The notes under the pieces were generated by a model. That model had not been told where the DNA came from, did not search any database, and saw nothing but the letters and a program-made list of their open reading frames with translations. Shown in pieces: positions 1 through 10,855 of a stretch of 64,000 bases of DNA; the first letter of the stretch is position 1, and each line of letters begins with the position of its first letter. Both the position numbers and the translations under genes were made by a program. The DNA is from an uncultured cyanobacterium (GTDB taxonomy: Bacteria > Cyanobacteriota > Cyanobacteriia > CAKZMO01): NCBI GenBank assembly GCA_963719515.1, contig CAVRCJ010000010.1:256001-320000 (forward strand), read 5' to 3'.

Positions 1-2532
1 ATCGGTGAAATTTGCTTCATGGATGCTGACGCCGGGTAAGGCCTCAAACCGATGGGCGGCCCTATCTAGCCAAATTTTCCCGGCATAGATTTCTAGCGCT
101 ATTGAAATTGAACAGGATGACTGCAGCTCTGCAACAGCCTGCGCGATATCGACGACGCTCTCAAGCGTCATGTCGTCGGCCAGGCTGCCGAGATACCGGA
201 TTGTGAAGGGGCGATCGCCGTCGGGCTGCGCTGGCGCTGATGCCGCCTCCGACGCCGCTAGCCAATCCTCAGGCTCAATGCAGTTTGCAATTGGAGCAAA
301 CTCAACGTCATACCGTTCTTGAAATGCCGTCGACATCGCTTCTGAGATACTTAAGCATCGATAGGCTTTACTGAGGAGTTCTCGCAGGGAGTGATCTATA
401 GCCTCATATGCCGGCAAATCTTGACGCCGTAGCCGCTCTGGCCAGTCGTCAACAATGTGAATAACAAACGGGACATTGAGCTGCTCGATGGCCTCGCAGG
501 CGAGCTGGTGCAGGTGGGGCTTATCGGCAACCGGGCGATAGTAAATAGCGTCTGGGTTGAACTGGCGGCAGGCCTCAATCGCAGCGGCGAGGCGGGCGGA
601 CGGGCTCTGATCCGCCTCGCCTTCGGCTGAAGCGTTGACCTGAATGCCATAGCGATCGCTGCCGACCGCGTAGACCTGCATCCAATTTGCCGTAGGCCAG
701 CGGCTGAAAAGGCTCTGCTTCATCTGGGAGGTGGCATAGCGCTCCCCAAGACGAGTGATATCGATGATGAGTATTCGAGGGTAGAGCGCGCTGTGGGAGA
801 AAAGAGCGTGATAGTCCACCCGAGGAAAAACTTCTAGCTTGCCGCCAATTGTTGCGTTATAGATGTTGACGCTATTTGCCTGAGTCACCCGATGCGCCTC
901 TTTATAGGCCTCTCGCATTTTCTCAACTTGAGGGTCATGCCATCGATAGCCCTTACCAAAGTAATCTGGGTCGAAGTGATTGGGATCGTCGCTCTTCATA
1001 TCGAGCGTAGCGATGTTGTATTCTTTCGTTTCCTTTACATCCTCAGGAATGTCGTAGCTACAATCCACCCCAACTAAATAAATTTCCTCGAATCCTAGGT
1101 AATAGGCCAGCTGTAGACAGCTAAACGTCACCGTACAGCCTGTATAGGTGCACTCTTCAGCATCTATAGAAAAGTCAAATCCCTGGGGATAGCTCTTCCT
1201 CGGAACGTGATTGTAGAAGATAGTATCTTCACTTTCCTCTAGGCAGTAAGCGAGATAGATTGGAAGTATTTTGATTGGGCCAGTAAAATCGTCAATCTCG
1301 GCCTGCCTATCTTCAGCAACAAGATGATCTTCCACGACGTAAAACGTTGGCTTAAAGCTAGAGTCCTTCGCCTTGAGAAAGATGCCGTTGACGCCGAACG
1401 TGACCTCATCCTTGAGGAGATTCAGGTCGGTTTTATTTAAGCTAGGGCCATTGCCGATAACAAAGACACGCTTTCTAGTCTTGAATATTTCCCGCAGCGC
1501 TTGAAGCCGAGGAAGATATCGCTTTTTATAGGTTTGCTCGTATATATTAATGACCTTCTGCAGGCCGACGACGCGCTGCTCAAGCGGGATTTTGGGCGTC
1601 GGCAAGAACAAAGGATTGGCGTGAGGATGACGCTTGATAAGCGCCTCTTCTTTAGCAGTCAAAGCTTCTGAAATAGGGGCATTCGGCAAGGCAAACTCCA
1701 GGTTTCTTTTGCTGAAAGGCGAGTCTCCGCTGCAGGTGTCACTGCCGAGAATGGCGGCGTATTCCACCTTCGGAAAGACCTGTAGGTGTCCGCCCACGGT
1801 CGCGTCTAAAATCCGGCGATTGTGGGCTTCAAAGATTTCCCGAGCAATCTGATAAGACTGCTCTGAGCGATCTAGGTTTGGATATTCCCAAACGGTACCT
1901 CGGCCAAAATAGTCAGGGTGAAAATGGTTGATATCAGGCCCTTGAGCTACCACGGCTTTGTCGGGCTCACCGACCTCCTCAAAGCAATGATCAACGCCGA
2001 CTAAAACAACCTCCTCAAACCCCAGGTGGAAGGCAACCTGCATGGCGCAGTAGGTGACTGTCCACCCCTCATGCCAGGAGAGTACGCTGAGGTTTTTGTT
2101 GAACCCTACTCCCGAAATAGAGTCAAGGAAGAAGGTATTCTTTTTGTTTCTAAAGAGTTCTACAGCTCGGTTAGTAATAAACTTAACCGAGCTAAGAGCA
2201 TCAATTTCTGCCGCGAACTGTCGCGCAACGTTGGGATTCACGCAGCAGTAAAACGTGGGTTGAAATCCCATTGCTGGGTAGTTGAGATAAATTCGATTTA
2301 GCCCGATTGTGAATTTGTTTTTCAGGCAGGTTAAATCTGTTTTGTTGAGGCTAGGGCCGTTGCCAATCAGGAAACATTGCTGCCCTACGAATCGATTGCG
2401 CAGTGCCTCAACAGAAAGCGATTCAGATAGTTCCGGGTCGAGAATAGAACCAGCAATAGAGTGATTTTGCGCTAATAAAGCTTGAAAATCTCCACCGAGG
2501 TCATAGTCAATACTATTCTCTGCTTTTGCCAC
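1..2532 (-). CDS. Large glycosylation protein: two tandem DUF115/MptE-like (Maf-type) domains followed by a probable glycosyltransferase domain; runs off the window edge
   Basis: Not in the ORF track because it is open at the edge. GTG at 2532 follows GGGGAG. My translation starts MAKAENSIDY...QCFLIGNGPSLNKTDLTCLKNKFTIGLNRIY, has a second RVFVIGNGPSLNKTDLNLLKDEVTFGVNGIF near 1470-1380, and is still in frame at position 1. I spot-checked the frame rather than translating every codon. Confidence 0.75.
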   Translation of the reverse strand, partial: MAKAENSIDYDLGGDFQALLAQNHSIAGSILDPELSESLSVEALRNRFVGQQCFLIGNGPSLNKTDLTCLKNKFTIGLNRIYLNYPAMGFQPTFYCCVNPNVARQFAAEIDALSSVKFITNRAVELFRNKKNTFFLDSISGVGFNKNLSVLSWHEGWTVTYCAMQVAFHLGFEEVVLVGVDHCFEEVGEPDKAVVAQGPDINHFHPDYFGRGTVWEYPNLDRSEQSYQIAREIFEAHNRRILDATVGGHLQVFPKVEYAAILGSDTCSGDSPFSKRNLEFALPNAPISEALTAKEEALIKRHPHANPLFLPTPKIPLEQRVVGLQKVINIYEQTYKKRYLPRLQALREIFKTRKRVFVIGNGPSLNKTDLNLLKDEVTFGVNGIFLKAKDSSFKPTFYVVEDHLVAEDRQAEIDDFTGPIKILPIYLAYCLEESEDTIFYNHVPRKSYPQGFDFSIDAEECTYTGCTVTFSCLQLAYYLGFEEIYLVGVDCSYDIPEDVKETKEYNIATLDMKSDDPNHFDPDYFGKGYRWHDPQVEKMREAYKEAHRVTQANSVNIYNATIGGKLEVFPRVDYHALFSHSALYPRILIIDITRLGERYATSQMKQSLFSRWPTANWMQVYAVGSDRYGIQVNASAEGEADQSPSARLAAAIEACRQFNPDAIYYRPVADKPHLHQLACEAIEQLNVPFVIHIVDDWPERLRRQDLPAYEAIDHSLRELLSKAYRCLSISEAMSTAFQERYDVEFAPIANCIEPEDWLAASEAASAPAQPDGDRPFTIRYLGSLADDMTLESVVDIAQAVAELQSSCSISIALEIYAGKIWLDRAAHRFEALPGVSIHEANFTD

Positions 2533-2744
2533 CGCGATTTCTCCCCATGCGTGCGCTGTAGAATACATCTGCGAGCAATTGCTGACTGCATTCGGACATG
2601 ATCAGCAGACTGACCTCAAGTTTATCAGACAGAACTTGTAATTTCTTCTGGAAATTCTCCTGAGAAGTCTTTAGCGCTGAAAGGCTTGGAAAAAGCTCAG
2701 TACTTTAGCTTCGGTATCGCGGGTGATTTCGGTTCTTGGGTCGC

Positions 2745-3611
2745 CTATTCTGAAGCCGGCTCTACGGGATCTTCTTCAGACTCTACCTCAAAATAGAACG
2801 CAGGCTGCTTGTCGAGCGCTCCTAGCCGGTTGGGAGGCCACACCCGAACCGCCGCCCGGCCAATCAGGTTTTTCTTCGGCACAAATCCCCAGAAGTGGCT
2901 GTCGTAGCTGTTGTTGCGGTTGTCCCCCAGCACCAGGTAGCTGTCTTCAGCAATCTCTTGAGGCCCCCACCGGTAGGCAGGCGCTTCCTCAATATAGGTT
3001 TCGACGATCGCCTCTCCATTGACGAACACCTTACCCTCCTTCACCTCAATGGTCTCCCCCGGCAGGCCTACGATACGCTTAATCAGGGCGTCGTTGAAGG
3101 TGGGATTCTCTGCTTTGATCGTGTCGGTGGGCTTGAAGACCACCACGTCTCCCCGAGTGGGCTCGCGGAAGCGATAGCTCATCTTCTCCACAATCAAGCG
3201 ATCGTTAATTTCCAGCGTCGGCAGCATCGATTCTGACGGAATGTAGCGCGCTTCCGCCACAAAGTGCCGAATGCCCAGCGCCAGTACGATGGACAGCACG
3301 AGAATATTGCGCAGCTCCACCCAAAAATTTTCGGGCTCGTCCTCGCGTCGCTCTGGCTCAGCCTCTTTGGGAACTGAAGCACTGCGATCGCTAGATGGCT
3401 GAACTGTATTTAGGCGCACACCGTCGCTCTGCCCAAGATCTTTGACCGCATCACCTGCCGCACCTGAGCTATCGGGGGCCGCCTGTTGATGCTCCAAGTC
3501 ATCGTCAACAGCAGCACTATCGACAACAGCACCGTCAGCGTCAGCGTCGTCAGCAGGATTTTGGCTTGAGTGATTTAGGTTGTCGGGCACGTGCGGAGAG
3601 GCTTGGGGCAT
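2745..3611 (-). CDS. lepB: Signal peptidase I with long acidic N-terminal extension
   Basis: IPSESMLPTL (catalytic Ser), IKRIVGLPG (Lys), GDNRNNSYDSH. Confidence 0.95.
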   Translation of the reverse strand: MPQASPHVPDNLNHSSQNPADDADADGAVVDSAAVDDDLEHQQAAPDSSGAAGDAVKDLGQSDGVRLNTVQPSSDRSASVPKEAEPERREDEPENFWVELRNILVLSIVLALGIRHFVAEARYIPSESMLPTLEINDRLIVEKMSYRFREPTRGDVVVFKPTDTIKAENPTFNDALIKRIVGLPGETIEVKEGKVFVNGEAIVETYIEEAPAYRWGPQEIAEDSYLVLGDNRNNSYDSHFWGFVPKKNLIGRAAVRVWPPNRLGALDKQPAFYFEVESEEDPVEPASE

Positions 3612-3775
3612 AAATCTACATTCAACGCAATGTTAGCAAGCTTCGGAGCAAAACGGATATGCTTATCCCTGAGGGCAGCACTTCTTGAGAAGGATAGATG
3701 CGCTTTCCCATAATAGCGGGTGCAGCTCTCAATCCCTGACGACCGGCCCCCTTGACGTTACCGCAATATTTAGCG

Positions 3776-5098
3776 ATGGTATCTAATCCGAGCCTCATTA
3801 TCCGCCATGCCCGCGTCTTACTCCCTGATGAGACGTTTCAGTCAGTAGATGTGTTGCTCTCTGACGGAAAGATTGCCCAAATTGGCGCAGAGTTTTCTCT
3901 AGAAGCCGACCGCATCATTGAGGCAGACGGACTGACGCTGCTGCCGGGCGTCATTGATCCCCAGGTCCACTTTCGCGAACCAGGGCTAGAGCACAAGGAA
4001 GATTTGGCCACGGCCAGCAGCGCCTGCGCTAAAGGGGGGGTAACCTCGTTTTTGGAGATGCCCAACACCCGGCCGCTGACGATAACGCAAGAAACCTTGG
4101 ACGATAAGCTGGCCCGTTCGGCTGAGAAGTGCCGGGTCAACTACGGCTTTTTCATCGGGGCCACGGCGGACAACCTGGAGGTACTCAACCAGGTCAACCC
4201 CGTCTGCGGCATCAAAATTTTTATGGGCTCCTCTCACGGGGCGCTGCTGGTGGACGACGAGGCGGTGACAGAGCGCATCTTTGCCAACGGCTCGCGGCTG
4301 ATTGCGGTCCATGCTGAGAACCAAGCTCGGATTCGCCAGCGCCGAGAAGAATTTGCCCCCCGCTACGGTGAACCCGCTATTCACTCCGAGATTCAGGACG
4401 CTCAGGCCGCTATGCTGGCCACCCAACTGGCCCTAAAGCTCTCCAAGAAATATCAGCGACGGCTGCATATCTTACACCTCTCTACTGGGGACGAAGCGGA
4501 GCTGCTGCGCCAGGACAAGCCCGCTTGGGTGACGGCGGAAGTGACCCCCCAACACCTGCTGCTCAATACCGAGGCCTATGGCAAAATTGGCACCCTGGCG
4601 CAGATGAACCCACCCCTTAGGTCGGCCCAGGATAACGCGGTGCTCTGGCAGGCTTTGCTAGACGGCGTCATTGACTTTATCGCCACCGACCACGCTCCCC
4701 ACACCCTAGAAGAAAAGTCCAAACCCTATCCCAACTCTCCCTCCGGAATGCCGGGAGTCGAGACCTCCCTGCCCGTAATGCTGACCCAAGCGGCTCAGGG
4801 ACGCTGCAGCGTTGCCCAGGTCTCTCACTGGATGTCGACCGCCGTTGCCAAGGCCTACCAGATTCCCAACAAGGGTGCGATCGCTCCGGGCTACGACGCT
4901 GATTTGGTGCTGGTGGATCTGGAGTCCTATCGTCCGGTGACCCGAGAGGATCTGTTAACGAAGTGCGGCTGGAGTCCTTTTGAGGGATGGGAGCTGACGG
5001 GTTGGCCGGTCGTGACGATTGTAGGGGGGCAAGTGGTCTACGAGAATGGCCAGGTGGACTCAGAAGTCCGCGGGCAGGCCCTACAATTTGGCGCTTAA
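3776..5098 (+). CDS. pyrC: Dihydroorotase (cyanobacterial type, amidohydrolase family)
   Basis: PGVIDPQVHFREPG, EMPNT, ATDHAPH motifs; ATG at 3776 preferred over TTG at 3752. Confidence 0.85.
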   Translation: MVSNPSLIIRHARVLLPDETFQSVDVLLSDGKIAQIGAEFSLEADRIIEADGLTLLPGVIDPQVHFREPGLEHKEDLATASSACAKGGVTSFLEMPNTRPLTITQETLDDKLARSAEKCRVNYGFFIGATADNLEVLNQVNPVCGIKIFMGSSHGALLVDDEAVTERIFANGSRLIAVHAENQARIRQRREEFAPRYGEPAIHSEIQDAQAAMLATQLALKLSKKYQRRLHILHLSTGDEAELLRQDKPAWVTAEVTPQHLLLNTEAYGKIGTLAQMNPPLRSAQDNAVLWQALLDGVIDFIATDHAPHTLEEKSKPYPNSPSGMPGVETSLPVMLTQAAQGRCSVAQVSHWMSTAVAKAYQIPNKGAIAPGYDADLVLVDLESYRPVTREDLLTKCGWSPFEGWELTGWPVVTIVGGQVVYENGQVDSEVRGQALQFGA

Positions 5099-5820
5099 TG
5101 GCTGTAGGGGAGACGGTGCTGCTCGTCCCGCAAGGGGCAGAATATCAGGCTGTTCAGCGGGGTTCAGCTCAATCGGGCTCGAATCGACGGGAGCCCCTGC
5201 GAGGCGAATCCTTGCCGTGGCCTATTATCCCTATCGCCATGGGCCAGAGCGCGATCGCACAAATCAAGCCGCTGCTTGCGCGGCCTCCCGCCAGAGCAAT
5301 TCTCCTGGGTTTGGGGGGAAGTCTGTCGCTAGAGCATACGCCTGGGGAGGTCCTGGTCTATAAAGACTGTATTAACGAGGCCAGCGGACAGCGGCTGGTC
5401 TGCGATCGCGCTCTAAGGGTGGCGCTGCTGGAGGCACTCAGGTCAGCTGAGGGGATTGCGGCTGTGGAGACTACCGGACTTACTAGCGATCGCGTGGTGT
5501 GCTCAGCAGCCGAAAAGCAGGCGTTCGGAGAGCGCTACGGCGCGGCGGTAGTCGATATGGAGGGCTACCCCGTTCTGGCGCGACTCCAGCAGCACGGCGT
5601 GAAGACAGGCGCTGTGCGCGTCGTGAGTGACGGGGCTGAGGGAAATATCCCTGATGTGAGCCAAGCTCTGGGGACAGACGGGTCTCTACGGCCTTTGGCG
5701 CTGGCCTTTGCCTTAGGCCGAGAGCCTATTGCGGCCCTGCGGCTGATTCGCGGATCGCTGCGGGGACTGTCGGTGCTGCAGCGGGTGGCGGCTCAGCTTC
5801 AAGAATCAACCAAAGGCTAA
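5098..5820 (+). CDS. Nucleoside phosphorylase-family protein
   Basis: LLGLGGSL, VVDMEG, VRVVSD motifs; ATG overlaps the pyrC stop (TAATG). Confidence 0.75.
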   Translation: MAVGETVLLVPQGAEYQAVQRGSAQSGSNRREPLRGESLPWPIIPIAMGQSAIAQIKPLLARPPARAILLGLGGSLSLEHTPGEVLVYKDCINEASGQRLVCDRALRVALLEALRSAEGIAAVETTGLTSDRVVCSAAEKQAFGERYGAAVVDMEGYPVLARLQQHGVKTGAVRVVSDGAEGNIPDVSQALGTDGSLRPLALAFALGREPIAALRLIRGSLRGLSVLQRVAAQLQESTKG

Positions 5821-5873
5821 CCTATGTCGCCGTAACCGCGCCACGTCTATAGGCTCACCTCAAAAATGCTCTT

Positions 5874-6491
5874 CTATGGCTGCTCCGCCACGGCGACATA
5901 GGTTCCTAGCCCAATTAGCCCTAGGCCAGAAACGACCCGCTGACGGCGTCTGAAACGGCTCTCCCGCAGCCGCTGCCCGATGGGTCCGGCAAACAGGGCC
6001 ACCGCCAAATCAGACATCATGTTCATCACGGCGGTAATCAGCCCAAGCAGCAAAAACTGCGCAAACACGTGGCCGCTCTCCATCTGGATGAACTGGGGAA
6101 CGAAGGCGAGAAAAAACAGCGCTGTCTTGGGGTTGAGCATTTCCGTCATCACGCCCTGGTAAAACACCTGCCCCTGTCCCGCTAAGGAGTCTCCAGCCAT
6201 CGCTACCGTTAGCGTATCGGAACTCAAGAGCGTGCGCACGCCCAGGTAGATTAGATAAGCGGCACCAGCGTATTTTACGAGGACGAAGGCGATCGCCGAG
6301 GTCATCAGCAGGCTAGAGATGCCGACAGCAGCGGCGACCACGTGAACCAGTCCCCCGACGAAGAGCCTAAAGGAAGACAAGATGCCTGCCTTTCTGCCGC
6401 CGTAAAGGCTGCGGGCCAGCGTATAGAGGAGGGGTGATGCTCAGAATGAAGGCGGCGGTGAGGAACAATCCGAAGGTAGAAAGATCAGGCC
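5874..6491 (-). pseudogene. LysE/RhtB-family translocator, frameshifted
   Basis: N-terminal PDLSTFGLFLTAAFILSITP is out of frame with LYTLARSLYGGRKAG...LNPKTALFFLAF. The usual GPG after ITP is missing at about 6430, and there is no in-frame ATG at the expected start. Confidence 0.75.
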
Positions 6492-6517
6492 CAAAACTTT
6501 AGGAAATTAGATTTTTT

Positions 6518-7312
6518 ATGGAAAGGCGGCATCTTTTACGACTATTAGCCTTGATGGGGGGGAGCGTCGCGGCAGGGGGCGGCCCGTCAATCCTGACCCA
6601 GGCGATCGCCGAACCTTACAGCAGCTGGGGCTACGTGGGAGAGCGATCGCCCGAAACCTGGGGAGACCTCTCCCCTGAGTATGCAGCCTGTGGTGTTGGC
6701 ACGCAGCAATCGCCAATTGACCTTCGTAGCGACGCTCTCCATGGCGGCGGCGACGCTTTGCTAGAGACGGTTGAGGTCGCGTATCACCCCATTCCCCTGC
6801 AGCTCCACAACAACAGCCATACGATTCAGGTCGATGTCCCCCTGGGGAATAGACCTAGCAATACGCTCAGGCTAGACGGCGAGAAATTCGAGCTGCTGCA
6901 GTTTCACTTCCACCACCCGAGTGAGCATACCCTAAGCGGTGGCGCTTTCCCAATGGAGCTTCACTTTGTTCACCGGGACGCTGCGGGAAATTTGGCCGTG
7001 CTCGGCCTGTTCATAGTCGAGGGGACAGAGAACGCTGCCCTACGTCCCGTCTGGGATAGGATGCCTAACGAGCAAACTGAGCCCAAGGCTTTCCCCGACG
7101 TCTCGGTAAACCTCGCTAGCCTACTGCCCGCTGAGCACAGCCTGTTTCGTTATTTTGGCTCACTGACTACGCCCCCTTGCTCTGAGCTTGTCAGATGGGT
7201 CATCCTTCAAGCTCCCATTGAGGCTTCCGCCGCCCAAATCAAAAAATTCGAGCGTATTTTCCCGCTCAACGCTCGTCCCGTGCAGCCTCAAAATCGGCAA
7301 TTTCTGCTTTGA
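6518..7312 (+). CDS. Alpha-class carbonic anhydrase with probable Tat signal
   Basis: QSPIDL, QFHFHHPSEH, ELHFVH, GSLTTPPCSE; N-terminal ERRHLL plus hydrophobic stretch. Confidence 0.92.
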   Translation: MERRHLLRLLALMGGSVAAGGGPSILTQAIAEPYSSWGYVGERSPETWGDLSPEYAACGVGTQQSPIDLRSDALHGGGDALLETVEVAYHPIPLQLHNNSHTIQVDVPLGNRPSNTLRLDGEKFELLQFHFHHPSEHTLSGGAFPMELHFVHRDAAGNLAVLGLFIVEGTENAALRPVWDRMPNEQTEPKAFPDVSVNLASLLPAEHSLFRYFGSLTTPPCSELVRWVILQAPIEASAAQIKKFERIFPLNARPVQPQNRQFLL

Positions 7313-7505
7313 TCGGAAACCGACGCTCGCTGGCGATAGTTTAAAGGCGATCGCCTTCAAACAAATCTCTGATGCCTAACTCACCGATAACCGACTCAAA
7401 TTGGCGTTAGAGCGGTTACAATGCGGTGATTCCATCACATTTGCGATTTTTGAGTCGGTATAAGAACGACAGCAAGAATCAGAAGAGAGAGTAGGTAAGA
7501 CTCTT

Positions 7506-7808
7506 ATGAGTTCACCGCTTAACAAGCAACAAGTTCTAGCCAAATTGAGCGCTCACAAAGATGACCTCAGCGAATTCGCGGTCAAAGCGTTATTTCTATT
7601 TGGGTCAGTGGCGCGAGAAGAGGCAACTTCAGACAGCGATGTGGATTTCTTAGTGGAGTTCGACCGCCCGGTTGGATTATTTACCCTGCTAGGGTTGAAA
7701 GCTTATTTGGAGGAGATTTTGGGCTGCTCGGTGGATGTGGGGACGCCAAGTTCTCTGCGTCCCCACCTGCGGGAAACAGTGTTAAAGGAAGCGATTCGTG
7801 TCCCCTAG
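7506..7808 (+). CDS. MNT minimal nucleotidyltransferase antitoxin (MntA-like)
   Basis: LFGSVAREEATSDSDVD (GSx10DxD). Confidence 0.9.
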   Translation: MSSPLNKQQVLAKLSAHKDDLSEFAVKALFLFGSVAREEATSDSDVDFLVEFDRPVGLFTLLGLKAYLEEILGCSVDVGTPSSLRPHLRETVLKEAIRVP

Positions 7809-8160
7809 AGAGTTTGAGCTTCGGGTGCAGGATATGCTGACTGAGATTGCCGTTGTGGAGGAAATCATCGCTGGCTTAAATGCAGCGGCGTTCTCTCGAA
7901 ATCAGCAAGCTTTGCGGGCCGTACTGTATAGCCTAGCGGTAATTGGGGAGGCGGTAGGAAGCGCCCTGACTGAATTGGAAGCAGCAGACTCGGCAACACC
8001 GTGGCGTCAGATTCGCGGAATGCGAAATACGGTGATCCATGAGTATTTCCGGGTAGATGTAGAGACAGTGTGGCAAACAACTCAGCTAGATTTGCCAATG
8101 CTCAAGGTGGTATTGCAGGAAATTTTGGATGGGCTAGGCGAGAGGGAGGCGCACCGATAA
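7798..8160 (+). CDS. HEPN/DUF86 RNase toxin (HepT-like)
   Basis: RNTVIHEY (Rx4H plus Tyr); overlaps the MNT gene. Confidence 0.9.
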   Translation: MSPREFELRVQDMLTEIAVVEEIIAGLNAAAFSRNQQALRAVLYSLAVIGEAVGSALTELEAADSATPWRQIRGMRNTVIHEYFRVDVETVWQTTQLDLPMLKVVLQEILDGLGEREAHR

Positions 8161-8221
8161 TGAATAATCCAATATGAGAAAGAAATAATATTTCATGGTG
8201 CAAAAATAGGCGTTTACAGTA

Positions 8222-10786
8222 CTACTTAGCCAGCACAAAATTCACCAGCTTCCCCGGCACCACAATCACCTTCTTAATTTCCTTACCCTCAATGTAGCGC
8301 TGCGCCAGCTCCGACTCCTTCGCTAGCCGCTCCAGCGCCGCCTTGTCCGACTGCGACGGCACCTGAATTGTCCCTCGGGTCTTGCCCATCACCTGAATCA
8401 CCAGGGGAATCTCGTCTACTACTAGGGCTTCTGGGTCTGTTTGGGGCCAAGCGGCTCGGTGGACCGACTCTTGCTCGCCGATGGCCCGCCACAGTTCTTC
8501 CGTGATGTGGGGCGAGAAGGGAGCCAGCATCGCGACCAGGGTGCGAATACCCTCACCATAGACCGCCGAGGATTTATCTTTATAATCCGACAGGGCGTTG
8601 CTTAGCTTCATCAGCTCCGACACCGCTGTATTGAACTGATAGTCACCGTCAAAGTCGTCGGTAACTTCCTTGATGGCCGTATGGATGGCGCGGCGCAGGT
8701 CTTTTTCGCCTTTGCTCAGCTCAGCGTTGGGCTGGGCGGGCTCCAGCGAGGCAAACTCCTGCACCAGCCGCCACACCCGGTTCAAAAAGCGAAACTGCCC
8801 TTCCACATCCGCGTCGTCCCACTCTAGGTCTTTTTCCGGCGGCGCTTTGAACAGGATGAACATGCGGGCCGTATCTGCCCCGTATTTGGAGAGCACTACC
8901 CCCGGCGCGATGCCGTTGTACTTAGACTTGGACATCTTCTCGTAAAAGACCTCCAGCGGGTCTCCCGTCTCCGGATCCGTGGGGCTATTTGGGTCGGTGA
9001 CTTTGTCGGCGGGGATGTACTTGCCCGTGGCGGGGTTCTTGTAGGTCATGGCCTGCACCATACCCTGGGTGAGCAGCCGCTTAAAGGGCTCGTCTACGTT
9101 TAAAAGGCCGCGATCGCGCAGTACTTTGGTGAAGAACCGCGAATAGAGCAGGTGTAAGATGGCGTGCTCAATGCCGCCTACGTATTGGTCCACCGCCATC
9201 CAGTCGTTTACTTTGTCGGGGGCGAACACCTGAGCGTCGTTGCTGGCGTCGCAGTAGCGCAGGAAGTACCAGGACGAGTCTATAAAGGTGTCCATGGTGT
9301 CGGTCTCCCGCTTGGCGGCGGTGCCGCAGCTAGGGCAGGGCACGTTGACCCAGTGGTCAAGCTTGGCCAAGGGGGAGGGCCCACGCCCGGAGAAAGAGAC
9401 GTCCTGCGGCAGCTCCACGGGCAGATCCGCCTCGGGGACGGGAACAGCGCCGCAGCTAGGGCAGTGGATGATGGGGATGGGAACGCCCCAGTAGCGCTGG
9501 CGAGAAATCAGCCAGTCCCTCAGGCGATAGGTGGTCTGGGCAGTGCCGATGCCCTGCTCTTCTAGATATTCAGTAACCTTGCGCTTAGCGTCGGGCACCG
9601 TCAGGCCATTCAGCGGCTCCGAGTTTTGCAGGACGCCGCTGGCGCTGCCGCTGTAGGCCTCCGTCAACGGCGCGGCCTCAGCGGGATTCGCGTCGGGCGG
9701 AAACACCACCTGGACAATATCTAGCCCAAAGGATTGAGCGAAGTCGAAGTCTCGCTGATCATGGGCGGGCACCGCCATGATGGCTCCCGTACCGTAGTCC
9801 ATCAGCACGTAGTCCGCAATCCACACCGGCACCTGCTCGCCGTTCACCGGGTTGACGGCGTAGCCTCCGGTAAAGACCCCCGTCTTGCTGCGATCGTCGG
9901 CGGTGCGCTCCACCTCGCTTTTGGCGGCGGCTTCTTTTTGATAGGTGCTCACCGCGCCGGCCTGCTCAGGGGTCGTTAAGGACGCTACCAAGGGATGCTC
10001 CGGCGACAGCACCATAAAGGTCGCGCCCCACAGGGTATCGGGGCGGGTGGTAAAAATGGGTATGGCTTCGCCGCCGGGAGTCTTAAACTCGACTCTCGCG
10101 CCAGTGGACTTACCGATCCAGTTCTCCTGCATCAGCTTCACCCGCTCGGGCCAGCCGTCCAGCAGCTTTAGGTCGGCCAGCAGCTGCTCCGCGTAGTCGG
10201 TGATTTTGAAGAACCACTGGCGCAGCAGACGCCGCTCCACCATCGCCCCCGATCGCCAAGATTTCCCGTCACTGTCCACCTGCTCGTTGGCCAGCACCGT
10301 CTGGTCCACCGGGTCCCAGTTCACCGCCGCCTCTTTTTGATAGGCCAGTCCGGCATCCAGAAACTGTAGAAAAATCCACTGGGTCCAGCGGTAGTAGTCT
10401 GGGGCGCAGGTGGCCACCTCCCGGTCCCAGTCGTAGGATAGCCCCAGCCGCTTCAGCTGGACCGTCATCTGAGCGATATTTTCATAGGTCCATTTGGCGG
10501 GATGGACGCCCCGGTCAATGGCGGCATTCTCGGCGGGCAGGCCAAAGGCATCCCAGCCCATGGGGTGCAGCACGCGGTAGCCCTGCATGCGCTTGACGCG
10601 GGCAATCACGTCGGTAATGGTGTAGTTGCGGACGTGGCCCATGTGCAGATTCCCTGAGGGGTAGGGAAACATGGACAGCGCGTAGAACTTAGGGCGCGAG
10701 TCTTCTGGCGTTTGGTCAAGCCGCTGCTCGTCCCAGACCTGCTGCCACTTGGGCTCAATCGCGTCTGCCTGATATCGCTCCACCAA
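8222..10786 (-). CDS. leuS: Leucine--tRNA ligase
   Basis: [13 protein letters not shown] (HIGH) and KMSKS motifs. Confidence 0.98.
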   Translation of the reverse strand: MVERYQADAIEPKWQQVWDEQRLDQTPEDSRPKFYALSMFPYPSGNLHMGHVRNYTITDVIARVKRMQGYRVLHPMGWDAFGLPAENAAIDRGVHPAKWTYENIAQMTVQLKRLGLSYDWDREVATCAPDYYRWTQWIFLQFLDAGLAYQKEAAVNWDPVDQTVLANEQVDSDGKSWRSGAMVERRLLRQWFFKITDYAEQLLADLKLLDGWPERVKLMQENWIGKSTGARVEFKTPGGEAIPIFTTRPDTLWGATFMVLSPEHPLVASLTTPEQAGAVSTYQKEAAAKSEVERTADDRSKTGVFTGGYAVNPVNGEQVPVWIADYVLMDYGTGAIMAVPAHDQRDFDFAQSFGLDIVQVVFPPDANPAEAAPLTEAYSGSASGVLQNSEPLNGLTVPDAKRKVTEYLEEQGIGTAQTTYRLRDWLISRQRYWGVPIPIIHCPSCGAVPVPEADLPVELPQDVSFSGRGPSPLAKLDHWVNVPCPSCGTAAKRETDTMDTFIDSSWYFLRYCDASNDAQVFAPDKVNDWMAVDQYVGGIEHAILHLLYSRFFTKVLRDRGLLNVDEPFKRLLTQGMVQAMTYKNPATGKYIPADKVTDPNSPTDPETGDPLEVFYEKMSKSKYNGIAPGVVLSKYGADTARMFILFKAPPEKDLEWDDADVEGQFRFLNRVWRLVQEFASLEPAQPNAELSKGEKDLRRAIHTAIKEVTDDFDGDYQFNTAVSELMKLSNALSDYKDKSSAVYGEGIRTLVAMLAPFSPHITEELWRAIGEQESVHRAAWPQTDPEALVVDEIPLVIQVMGKTRGTIQVPSQSDKAALERLAKESELAQRYIEGKEIKKVIVVPGKLVNFVLAK

Positions 10787-10855
10787 TGACTCCTCTGTGC
10801 TGGGCCTAAACTTAACGGGAATTCTCCCATTCTAAAGGGTTATTGCAGCGCCGAT

